From: Naegleria gruberi
Lineage: Eukaryota
Assembly (NCBI GenBank): GCA_000004985.1
Contig: GG738874.1
Direction: 5' to 3' (one strand)
DNA length: 64,000 nucleotides
Positions within the stretch are counted from its first letter, which is position 1. Each line of letters opens with the position of its first letter. Positions 53,302-64,000 of this stretch are shown here, in pieces. Under the pieces are notes generated by a model. That model saw only the letters and a program-made list of their open reading frames with translations. It searched no databases and was not told the DNA's origin. Made by a program: the position numbers and the translations under genes.

Positions 53302-56300
53302 CTATGCCAACAATGATCTTCTCTCATCACTTGTTGAAGTCTTATCATAAGACTTTTGGAGAGCATGTTTCGAATTCTTATCCGAATTCATTCTTTCTCT
53401 CACTTTTTGGATACCGAGATTGGATCTGAGTTGTTTGTAAGGCTTCCACTTTCTCTTTTCTCTTTGAAGAAGCTTTTCTAAAATTCTACCAAACCAAGAC
53501 TTATCGTTAGCACATGTAATGGCTTTGATAAAACGTAAAATGTTGTAAATTGTAAAACCTTTGATTAATTGTCTGAAAGGAATTCTCCAAATTAAGAACA
53601 TCTCCCAAAAGTATCCAATAAAGTAGTGAGCTGCACAATATCCAAAGAGACGTAATTTGAATTCCATTGGGAAACTAATAAATTGGAATGCTGTTTTTAA
53701 ATAATGGCATGGTTCAAATAATATGTAAGTGGTAAACAAGTACAATATAGTAAGGAGCAAGACATAGATAAAGTTGTGAGTTATGAGAGGTCTCTTAAAT
53801 GGCTCACTAACACTCTGACTGACAGCTGAATTCAATACTGCAAAGCAACATGCAAGGTATGTAATAGTTGTTTCAAAACTAACAATATTGTCTTTTGGAT
53901 CTTTGTGAAGTGGAGCAGGTTTGTACCATGCTGTATCGAATAAAATTTCAAAGAAAACTCCCAACATTAAAGCAAATCCCCAGAAAATTTGACCAAGCAA
54001 ACTAACAAGAACAAATCTAGAGAAGAGAGATTCTGGTGGTTTTTCCTTATGGAGAGTTTCTGTGGCTTTGGAATTGGCCATCAATAGAACAACAGGTAAA
54101 ATAATGAACATGTCAATATACAAGTATTGTGTGTCACCAATTGTTGCATTTTGTCTATAGATGAGAACGGCCGCAAAGAATTCAAACAAGCTATACAAGG
54201 CCATGTACTTGAACATTTGGAAACTGGAAGAGAGTGCAGCTCTTCCTTCCTTAACTACATCCACAACTGATCGAATTGAATTTTGAACTGATGTAAAAGG
54301 TGCAGCAATACTTGCTTCGGCCTCTGAAAGAGAAACACCCACATGTGCTGCTTTCAAAGCCTCAACATCGTTACTGCCATCTCCACACATTACAGTCATG
54401 TAGCCCATCTTGATCAACTCTTCTACCACCTTCATTTTACCAGAAGGTGAAACTCTAGCATAGATATGGCAACATGAAAGAATAATATGGAGCAATGAAG
54501 GATTCTCAGCATCAACATACTCAATCTTATTTCCTCTTCCCATCTTGGCATTTTCATTGGTCTTTTCCACATAATCCTTGTGTGAGAAAACGATTGTGTC
54601 AAAAATCTCACCAATAATTGCCAATTCAAAGTTTTCATTTCTAAAGTCCTTTCTGATAATTTCACGTGAGGTAAGGGTAGGGGCTTTTGGATCATCAACA
54701 TTTCTCCAAATAATCTTATCATAAACTGCAGGGAGATAATGTTTCATAGGATTGCCTAGTATTGCATTATCGTTAATATCCTCATTGATTGATGGACCAT
54801 TGGTAGTTTGCACATGGTTGATGGCAAGTGCTTCCTTGCTTGCAAATTCAGCCAAATAAAGAGTCTTTCCCTTTGGAAGCATATAACATTTACGAGCAAC
54901 ACAAATTGTCGTGTATGGATTATCGCCAGTAATGACACACGCTCTCAAGTTAGCTTGGGTTAGTGTTCTAATCACAGATGGTGTTTCTGGTTTAAGTTTG
55001 TTTTCCATGCAAATTAAACCAAGGAAATCCAGTTTAGATTCAACTTCCTCTCTTGTGAGCTGGTCAGTATATTTGGCAATAAGAGGATCCACCAAGTTTC
55101 TTCCAAAAGATTCAGGTTTTTCTAGAATTTTTAACAATTCCTTATACTTGATAACTCTGCTGGCACATCCTAGAACACGATAACCCTTATGTGCATACTT
55201 GTAGAGAACCTTTTCAAAATCACCTGGAATTGTTTGAGCATGTGAGAGAGTCTTGAGCATTTCAGCGGAACCCTTAACGAAAAAGTGCAAATCTCCAGTA
55301 TTTTCGTTTTGTGCTACCACTGACATTCTTTGCAAACCAGATTTGAAATCAAAAATCTTGAGGATGATAAATGATGCAGTCTTTTGTGGTGCAGAGATGG
55401 TAATAGAGTTGGTAGACGATGCTTTCTTGTTATTTTGATTGGTACTAGCTTTATCTGATTCGACCAAATCCCAGGTTGTGGCTTCGAATAATTTAACGTC
55501 CAAAGGATCACCTGAATTAAAGTATTATTAATTTGAATTACAATTCGATTTAAAAAAACTTACCCACTAGCTTTCCAAAAACATATGACAAATTGTGACA
55601 ACAAGCCATACAATGAAGTAATGAATTGGTGGCATGCTTTAAATGATTCAACATTTCATTATCCTTAATCAAGTGTTCGAATCCCTTTGGTCCTATTGGA
55701 ACAACGCCATGCAAATCAAGACCATCTCTGGTTAGTGTATTTGTCTTATCGAAACATGCCATATTGACACGCCCACTGACATTAATTCTTGGAGGACTGA
55801 TTATTTGAGTGAATTCAACAAGCAGCGTGTAATAACTTACCTGATACAAAATATTCCCTTTTTCTTGAGTCTAGAAATAGCCATAGAAACACAAACACTC
55901 ATTGAAATAGGCAATGCAGGAGGTACAATAGTAGTTAATAAATCAAAACAAGAAATGATCATTTCACCCAATGGAGCATTCTTAACACTTTGATTGTACA
56001 AACTGTACGAAATACCAGCAATACCAAACAAGAACATCATGAATAAGAATTTCATAGAGTCACTGTAAAAAGAAAATTGGTTTGGCTTGGGATACAAAAT
56101 TGACAAGACCAATTTTCCTTTTGCTGTTTGAAAACCAGTTTGAATAACCATGGCACAAACAATCTCCTCTTCTGAGGATTCATAGAGAGCTGTTGGCTTA
56201 TTCAAAATTACTTGAGTACCAGAGAAGAGAGTATGAGTCTTATCGCGCATACAATTGTACTTTTCTGTTTCAGTTCCAGATTTTGGTATTGGAACTTTCT

Positions 56301-57708
56301 TAGTAGGAGTGCTTTCACCTGTGAGCATACTTTCATTCATAATGGTTTGTCCATGAAGCAAGACGCAATCGCAAGGTATTACCATACCATTTTCAATTTC
56401 AATTAAATCCCCAGGAAGAAGCTCCGTTGAATCAATACGATGTTTGGAAATACCTTTCCAAGAGAATGCATCATCTATTGATAAGACAGGTTCAGAACTT
56501 GATGATACTAACATTGATCTCTTTTTCTTTGCATTGGATGCATAGTGTTGATGAATACTATTGTGTTGAGAAAGTTTGTTAACTCCACAATTAAATGTTG
56601 TCATTTCCTTAAGTTTGACCATGTTTGTTCTTGTTTCATACATTGAAATAATGGATGAAATACTTGACATGACTGCAATTGCAACTGCATACACATAATA
56701 ATTTTCACTCAACCAAACACAAACACTGGCAACCTGGAAAATATAGAATGGATGTAGCACTTCATCAAGCAATAGAGAAATGATGTTTCTAACCTCAGTC
56801 TTGATGGAATTAGATCCGAAAAGCATTTGTTTGAGAGTGTTGGAGAGTGTATTGAATGCAAATTGACTGCTAATAGTGTGAGCCATTGTGTGAATATTAG
56901 CAAATGGGAAGAGAGTAAAATGGTGAGCTCTATCAAATCTATCAGTTTCCTCATTGTAAATGTAAATTAAATTTCTATATTTGAAGCATGAAATGGTAAC
57001 TTCAATTGGCTTTGGTAAGGACAAGTGTTCATCACTACTCGTCTCTAATTTACCAATCTTGTTCAAAACTTGATACAGGTTTTCATCAATTTTCAAAGTT
57101 TTCTTTTCAATCATGCAAATAGTAATTTGACCTGTTTCTCTCGCTTTGATAAACACTGCAGTAGCATTCTTGAATGATGTTCCTTTGAATATATCATTCT
57201 TTCTCAAATCATCATCAGCATTAATTTTTGCAAGATACTCTTCATGGTTTTCATTGCTGGCTACGGAGAGTCTATTGTGTTGAACTCTGTCTTTCAACCA
57301 ATCATACCAATAGCAGAATAGCAAAACCAAGCCAAGAGAAAGAATAACCGAGAGCCAAAACAAGCAAAACCAAAGCCAAGAAAATTGCAAACCAACACAA
57401 CAAGCCATTTCATGAACCTCTTCATCACCCTTTGAAATATCTGGCATGCTTGTAAAACTCTCCACAGGAGAAGAGTAATTCTTGAGAATCAATTTAACAA
57501 TTCTCTTTTCAATGTTTTCCACATCTTCCGAAGGTGTCCTCTCTTTACAACAAGAATCGAACCCTTCATTGGTTTGTTCTTGAATTACCACAGCAGATGA
57601 AGAGTCTTCAAATTTATCCAATCCTTCATCATCATAGTGGTATTGTTGTTGATGTTGTTGGGCAGCATCACCTTGTTGTTGACCAAATAGTAATGGCTTG
57701 TTTTCCAT
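53302..57708 (-). CDS. P5B-type P-type ATPase (ATP13A2/Ypk9-like); exons 57708..55841, 55796..55564 and 55511..53302. The frame stays open upstream to 57900, so a longer N-terminus is possible
   Basis: Motifs include the actuator 'MLTGES', the M4 'IVPPALP' that is diagnostic of the P5B subfamily, the phosphorylation-site 'CFDKTNTLT', 'MCGDGSNDVEALKAAHVGVSLS', and C-terminal TM helices. Introns are phase-2 GTAAGT (55840..55797) and phase-1 GTAAGT (55563..55512), both with AG acceptors. Confidence 0.8.
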
Positions 57709-58161
57709 TAAATTTCCCTCCGTTATTGGTGAAAATAATCGAGATGCAAAAGATGGCGACACTGTAAGGATATTCGAGAGCAGTAATAACAACACAGTAA
57801 AGATATTGCTCTCGTTTTTTTTCAAACATCCTTCAATGAAATTCTCAGCAAGGAGTTTGAATACATGTAGTGCAAGTGGTAATGTTTCCTGGTAAGTCAA
57901 ACATCAAATATTATTTTCTGTCCTGGCTTGTGAAAGTCATAGATTTTTCGGACTATAATGACAACCAGTATTTTGAAACAAAATCGAATGTTGATGATGC
58001 AAAAACATTTGGCTATGTATGTTATTAATAAGGGAGATTGTTTACGATTTTCTTAATTATATTACCTGGACAACAAATTCTCCTCTCGTCAGACTCTAAT
58101 ATTCAGCAGATAGATGCTCTCAGTTCCCATATTTGAACTACTCATCGAGTAGAGATGCTCC

Positions 58162-61139
58162 TTGAACTCTCAACTTTTTGATTTTCATAAAGCGCTGCCT
58201 TATTCACTTAGCATCTTGCCCTCACTTCACTTGCATCCTCTTCTTTTAAAAAAAATGTTGCTTCATCGGGCAAATTCATCACCTCAACTTCTTTCCCCAC
58301 CAACTCCAACCCGCAGATCTTTTAGCATTTCCCAAGCCTCACCTCCAACAATTACCTCTCCTTCACCTCAATCACCAAATAATGTAGAATTTAATACCAA
58401 AAGACGTTCCCTCTCTATTTCTCCACTCTTTACTGATTTGCAAAAAAGTAGGCTTTCAAATCCTAATACCCTACCGCAAACACCAACTTCTCCATCTCAA
58501 TCTCTCAATTCACCAAAACAAAGTGGTGGAGCAGGCACTTTTCCCACATCATTCAAACCTCCAAATGTTGTCAGTGATAAAAAAGGATCTCTTCATATGG
58601 ACCTTGATAAGCTGGATGAGTGGCTTCAACCAGATGATATCCTTCGTCCAACTCTGTCAATACTCTCCCCTAAATCATCACCAACCACAAAACCAACATC
58701 TCCCACACCATTTGTACGTGAAAGATCTAATTCATTCACAAGATTTGAAAACTCTAATTTAGAGAGATTGTGTACCTCTCCAACATTCTCATCTCCAAAG
58801 AATAGCTCACCACTTAATAGAGTTCTTCAACAAGAGGGAGCCTCAACAACTCCGAAAGGAAGAAACAGATCGATGAGTACTATGAGTAACATCTCTGCCT
58901 TTTCAGATTTGAGTTATCGTTCCTCATTGTCTAACCTGTCTATTCAATATTTAGAACCTGAGGATGATGATTTTGAAGAGGAGGAAGAAAGTGAATCGGA
59001 AAACCTTAGTTGTCGTTCAACAAGTAATAGTAATGCGGAAGAACAACAGATTTCATCTTCGGAAAGTTCAGAATCAGAAGATGAGGAAGAAGTGATTCAA
59101 TCTGCCACAACATTTGATCAATTATTTCACAAGAAATTCACCAAATTACCGTCAGCAAACAAAGTCAGTCCTTTGGACAGTCTGTTAAAAACTACTGTGG
59201 ATGATGAATCCTCAACAAACTTTGTTGCATTCAAAGAAATGTTAAAAGCAAAACTTCAAGAGGGAAAAAAAGTTGGCTCTGCTGAAAAGAAGAATGAACA
59301 AGAAATCTTAAAGAAAAAAGGTATTAAATCTCTTTCTTGGCTCAAATCATTGATAGACAAGTTATACACATACAGTCATGATCTCTTTGTCAGCAAGGGA
59401 AATAACATTCAACAGTTGTACACAACTCCAATGATTATTTATTCAATCATGAAAACCAAATTTGTTTATAGTACAGTAACTAACATTGTAAGTTTTTGGA
59501 TGTTCTAATGGAATTTTAACTTTGGAAGAATTGGCATGATATGCTCAAATCTGCCAAAGCATACAGAAAGTATGACTTTGAGGTAGAAACATTTTACAAG
59601 TTTATGAGTGGAGAGTATACATTAGAGACCTTTGTTTGGTTTGTTTGTTCTCGTTCAGTGGCAAACAAGGCTGTTGAGGAGCTGGATAAAAAGCTAGATG
59701 ACAGTTCATTAGGCTCGGAAAATGAAACAATTGCTGAAACATCATCCATAGCACCACCTACAAAATCAGTTGTTTCAGAAATATTGGAAAAGAAGAGAAG
59801 AAAACTGCAAGCACTCGAAAGAAAAGAAGAGAATAGGCACAACATTGAAAAATCAAAGAGTTTCATCACTATGCAAAATGCAATTCATGCTGTCTGTAAT
59901 TTAGTTAACAAAAAGCTCATTCAAAATTTACCTTTTTTAGGTGTCAATGCTGTACATGACAAAGCAATAGATCCATACACATTGAAACATAATGTTGAGA
60001 ATGTGTTGATAAGAAAGTTCGGATTAATTAGATCAAAAGAATTGTAAGTCATCTTTTAATTAGTTTAAAATAATTCCAAATTTAAAAATAGGAGGAATGA
60101 GGAAGCAATATCTTTACCACAATTCTTAGGCTATGTTGTTTCCATTAAAGCAACCAAGCTCGAACTTGTTTTTCATGAATTGAAGAAATATCTTGTGGAT
60201 GAAGATCATGGAATGCTTGACAAATTCTCAGAGACTTCCTCTTCCCCACTTCCAGTAAAACCAAAGCCAAGGCGGATGAGATCAGATAGTGGAATTAATA
60301 TTTCTTCAGTTCTGGAAAAATTAACAGATATTGCTCACAGAATTGAAGATGGTGAGTCAATTGATTCCCCTAGGGAAGAAAAGAGACAACCATTTTCAGA
60401 AGTTTCCAAGAAGGAGGATATTTCAGAAAGTAGTCCTGTCACAGAACATTCTCCATCAAGAACTCCTCCTTCGTTAGAGAAGAGTTTGTCAAACCTTAAT
60501 TTAGCTGACGTTTCTAATTTCCTATGTAATTACAAGGAAAATACTCCAATTGAGGAGCCACCAGTATTGGAGGAAATTATTCAAGATTTCAAACCACCAA
60601 AGGATGAAGAGGATGTAGAAGCTAGTCTCTCCAATGAAGTTGTAAAGATGATCACAATGCTGAGTCAATTAGTAGATGATATGCCAAGAGATGAAGACGG
60701 AATTTCGGCCATTTCAGAAGTTTTTGTTCCTCATGTTGAGCATATTTTGAACTGTCTTCCTGCCTTAGGAAAAATACAAGAGCAATATGCAACTGTTTTG
60801 TTGGAAGACTTACTTTTTAACACGAGAGAATTACTTAATAATTTACCTTTCTTTTCCAACTTTGCTGCCAGTTTGATTTTCAAAATTAATGGATGGTTAG
60901 TTTCAGAATCAAAACAATTCGAATCAAGTTCTCAACCAATGGTTGCTGAACTAATCACCAAGTCAGAAGTGGATATCTCTGAAGATGTTGTAGTAAACGA
61001 AGATTGCGAACCAATCCAAACAGATATCAGATCATCATTTGAAGAACAACTTACAATGAACAAACTCAAAGATCTAATTGAAGATGAGAGTGCAGCTTCA
61101 GAATTAATGGACTTGCTTTCAGAAGTAAGGAATTTATAA
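58162..61139 (+). CDS. Large Ser/Pro-rich hypothetical protein; exons 58162..59487, 59529..60043 and 60092..61139
   Basis: Three long ORFs are joined in frame by two short introns: a GTAAGT donor at 59488 with an AG at 59528, and a phase-2 GTAAGT donor at 60044 with an AG at 60091. There is an S/P/T-rich N-terminal third and acidic clusters, but no recognisable enzymatic motif. Confidence 0.5.
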
Positions 61140-61144
61140 ATTAT

Positions 61145-63235
61145 TTAAACCTTGTTGAGCAATCCGTGAGTACTTAAATATGGGGTGGATGCAGTCAAAC
61201 TTGTCTTTTTGAGCTCTTCTAATTGTTGAGCTAAATAGTTTTTCTTGGCTAATTTCTTTGCTTGTTTTGAGATTAAAAGCCAATACGAACCTTGCAGAAT
61301 TGCAATGATTGCAAGACTAAGAGTAAAACCTATCCATACTCCCAATAATCCCCAATCTAATACGAAAGCCAAAACACAACCGAAAGGAAAGCCAATAACA
61401 AAGTATCCAATCACACCAATTACAGCACAAACAAATGGCTTGTTTAAACCTCTCAGAATACCACCAAAAATAGCTTGAAAACCATCAACAATAAGGAATA
61501 TCAAACAAATAGGTAAAATTCTAATCGATTCATAAATTAGAGTTGAATCACTGGTATAAATTTTTGGTAAAACAACAATAGTACATGCCACTACAATTAC
61601 TGTTATTACCATAATGAAAGAGGAGAGTATGATATTTGCATGTGAACTGTATCTTACTGATTTGTAATCACCTCTTCCAAAACGATGAGCAATACAAACA
61701 GTACTAGCCATAGATAAACTCATAGGAATCAAATAGGCAAAATTAGAGATGGATAGAACAATACCGTGAACAGACAATTGAGTATTACCTAAAAATCCAG
61801 CAATAAAAGTTGAAAGCTCACTTCCCCAAATTTCAGAACTCATCATTATGGAACCAGGAAAAGAAATTTTCAAATGATCAAATATTCCCTTTAACGACTT
61901 TTCTTTTTTGAATGGAGTTACGTTGATAGTGGTTGGGAGTTTTTCATCTTGAGGCAATTCACCTGTTTTGGATGTGGTAGCATAGATAATCTCTTTAAGT
62001 GAGAAGTTTTTGAACATTTGTCTCATTTCCTTCTTACAAATGATTACAAATACCATCAAGATGAAAAAACCAATGAACATGAGCCATCTAGTGGACGAGG
62101 TAGCAATGGCACTTCCATAAAAACCAATACCCTTAAAATCACCGACTCCACCCACAAGGAAGAAGCTCATCAAGACATTATACACAACGCATACAATACA
62201 AACTGCAATACTAGGCCAATAAATCTTTTGAGCGACCATAAACGAATACAAACTTCTGGAATAAATGAAAGGGAACAAACCTGGAATAAGATATCTCATA
62301 AATGTTATGGTGAGTTGAGTAACAACTTGTCTACTAATTAGACCTTCTGGTGTTGTTTCAACCAACTCGAATAGCATTGCAATATAACCAGAGAAGAACA
62401 TTATAATGGAGACAGGTATCATGAATAGAGTTTGAAGAAGGAGACTTCTAATCCATTCAGCAATAATTAAATTACCATCCTTGTTACCAAAAGCTTTAGA
62501 GATCAACGGCTCTTGACCATTACCAATCAATCCAAGAACTATAATACTTAATCCATTGAATAGTGAAGTAGCTAAGGTCAAAGAAGCTAGGTATTCAGAT
62601 GTTGTGGGATAAAGTGAGGTAGAGTTGATATTCAGCGCATAATCAAATCCGTAGAGTTCTGTAAGTGCACCTGGTTGACTAAAATCTACTTGTGTAACAG
62701 TATTGTTCAGAGTGGCAAGTCCTGAACGATTTGAGTTAATGTGTCCAACAACAATCATATCCTCAAGACCGAGAATAAGAATGCACAAATTGAACACTAA
62801 AAAAGGAATACAAGTAAATATGAGTGGCAACAATTCCCTTCTCACATTGTGGAAATAATCCATTCTGTTCTTGTTTCTGAGGCGTGAATTGTTACTGAGT
62901 TGAAGATCATCACTTCCAATGCTTGATTTTCTGCTCTCACTAGAAATGTCAGAAGAGCTTTGCTTGGTAGTTGATGATGAACAGTGATCATCAACACTGA
63001 TATTGCACTCATCAATATCAGCATAGTGAATGGTCAATGATTTGTTCGAACCAGGATCAATGTAATCATACCATGTAATATCAAATACCATGGATAGATC
63101 TTCAGCATTGAGAGCAATTTGTTGATCTTGTTGGGAAGTGCTGGTAGTGGCAGTAGAAGTGGTGATCTTGATTTGTTTATCATCATCACTAACTTCCTCA
63201 ACACTTAATAATGTGAATGACTTGTTTTGATTCAT
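61145..63235 (-). CDS. MATE (multidrug and toxin extrusion) family transporter with an approximately 150-aa hydrophilic N-terminal extension
   Basis: About 12 TM helices. MATE-characteristic segments include 'GQEPLISKAFGNKDGNLI', 'YLIPGLFPFIYSRSLYSFMVAQKIYWPS' and 'IGFYGSAIATSSTRWLMF'. Single exon. Confidence 0.8.
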   Translation of the reverse strand: MNQNKSFTLLSVEEVSDDDKQIKITTSTATTSTSQQDQQIALNAEDLSMVFDITWYDYIDPGSNKSLTIHYADIDECNISVDDHCSSSTTKQSSSDISSESRKSSIGSDDLQLSNNSRLRNKNRMDYFHNVRRELLPLIFTCIPFLVFNLCILILGLEDMIVVGHINSNRSGLATLNNTVTQVDFSQPGALTELYGFDYALNINSTSLYPTTSEYLASLTLATSLFNGLSIIVLGLIGNGQEPLISKAFGNKDGNLIIAEWIRSLLLQTLFMIPVSIIMFFSGYIAMLFELVETTPEGLISRQVVTQLTITFMRYLIPGLFPFIYSRSLYSFMVAQKIYWPSIAVCIVCVVYNVLMSFFLVGGVGDFKGIGFYGSAIATSSTRWLMFIGFFILMVFVIICKKEMRQMFKNFSLKEIIYATTSKTGELPQDEKLPTTINVTPFKKEKSLKGIFDHLKISFPGSIMMSSEIWGSELSTFIAGFLGNTQLSVHGIVLSISNFAYLIPMSLSMASTVCIAHRFGRGDYKSVRYSSHANIILSSFIMVITVIVVACTIVVLPKIYTSDSTLIYESIRILPICLIFLIVDGFQAIFGGILRGLNKPFVCAVIGVIGYFVIGFPFGCVLAFVLDWGLLGVWIGFTLSLAIIAILQGSYWLLISKQAKKLAKKNYLAQQLEELKKTSLTASTPYLSTHGLLNKV

Positions 63236-64000
63236 ATTTGTTTTCTCACCAAAAGAGAATGAATAGGTGCACTTTAGAATAATCTTGATATAACTAATTG
63301 ATGAATATCAACAAAAATTAGAATTAATGCTTTTTCCAATACCAAATTATAATACAATTGACTTGTGGTAATTGCGAGTTGACTATTGAAAACACAATTT
63401 TGTTTACTGTTATTATTGGTAACAATAAATTTTGAATAGTAATAACTACTCTGGTCGTTGCAATGAAGAGATTTTGATTTAGTTGAAGAAGAATATAATG
63501 CTCCCAGCATTACTTTTCTATAATATTGTAATATTGAGTTTAAATACTATATTCTGTTATGAGAATATACTAGTTGTGATAGTATTTGTTGGTGGTTTGC
63601 AGTTGAAGTTGTTTAGTGTTTGCAGTTGAGTTGTTGAGGAAATGCAGTTTTTTTCAATCTAGTCTGTTCACCAATCTACTCGTCTTTATAAGTAACTAAA
63701 TATAGATGCTCTCCTAAAGGTCGAAAATGGTTGATTTATAATTGGTACATTCTAAAGTTAAAAGTTGGTCCGTATTTGGAAGTTTGTGTAATTAACATGT
63801 ATTTAAAACAGGTAGGTTAATTCAGAAGAGTATGTGATGCATTCGTGTTGTCCTTAGGTTTCTTATTACAATATTGTTAAAAAGTATAATATTCCTTAGT
63901 AGGGAAGACAGATATGTGGTCTCTTGGTTTTCATGACTGCATGAACAGTTCTTTTGGTCGTACAAAGAGGCAAATAATTTGTCACTGACAATCGTTGAAG

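Noticed and set aside
57709-57900. In-frame open extension upstream of the P5B-ATPase start ('..TYQETLPLALHVFKLLAENFIEG..').
   Set aside because: There is no ATG in the extension (the ORF finder started at TTG). It may be 5' UTR, or a spliced upstream exon could exist. The conservative start used is ATG 57708.
1-64000. CRISPR arrays, prokaryotic operons, integrons, IS elements and LTR retrotransposons.
   Set aside because: No direct-repeat/spacer arrays, no RT/integrase/transposase ORFs and no long terminal repeats are visible. The gene structure (introns, tRNA genes, CAAX GTPases) is eukaryotic.

Overview
This 64 kb window is AT-rich eukaryotic nuclear DNA (about one-third GC, judged by eye) that uses the standard genetic code and has short GT-AG spliceosomal introns of about 40-90 nt, mostly with GTAAGT-like donors. 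It is gene-dense, with about 30 protein-coding genes on both strands plus three tRNA genes, and it is not prokaryotic; there is no CRISPR array, operon or obvious transposon. Genes recognised by motif include SMC6, an Mpv17/PMP22 membrane protein, a small Tim (Tim9/10-type), an SDR reductase, a GDPD phosphodiesterase, an aldehyde dehydrogenase, a beta-lactamase-like serine hydrolase, a P5B-type ATPase, a MATE transporter, a DUF4116 repeat protein and a large secreted protein that may belong to the vitellogenin/LLTP family. Four loci stand out, listed here with the most interesting first. (1) A Ras-family G domain that looks circularly permuted (its P-loop encoded after the G5 motif), apparently produced by tandem duplication plus terminal deletions, sits immediately upstream of a vWA-RING E3 ligase ORF and possibly shares its frame. 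(2) A very large polytopic membrane protein is spliced by a 46-nt intron onto a PAS domain and a class III nucleotidyl cyclase catalytic domain. (3) A bacterial-type aspartokinase/diaminopimelate decarboxylase fusion lies among intron-containing genes; it is intronless and a candidate horizontally acquired gene. (4) A divergent G-alpha-like protein lacks the NKxD and TCAT motifs, and a multi-TM protein with an RGS-like domain lies a few kb from it. Also noted are tRNA-Val(AAC), a tandem pair tRNA-Ser(AGA)/tRNA-Ser(UGA) and a 50-nt assembly gap (N run). All calls rest on reading the six-frame ORFs and motifs by eye; no database search was possible.
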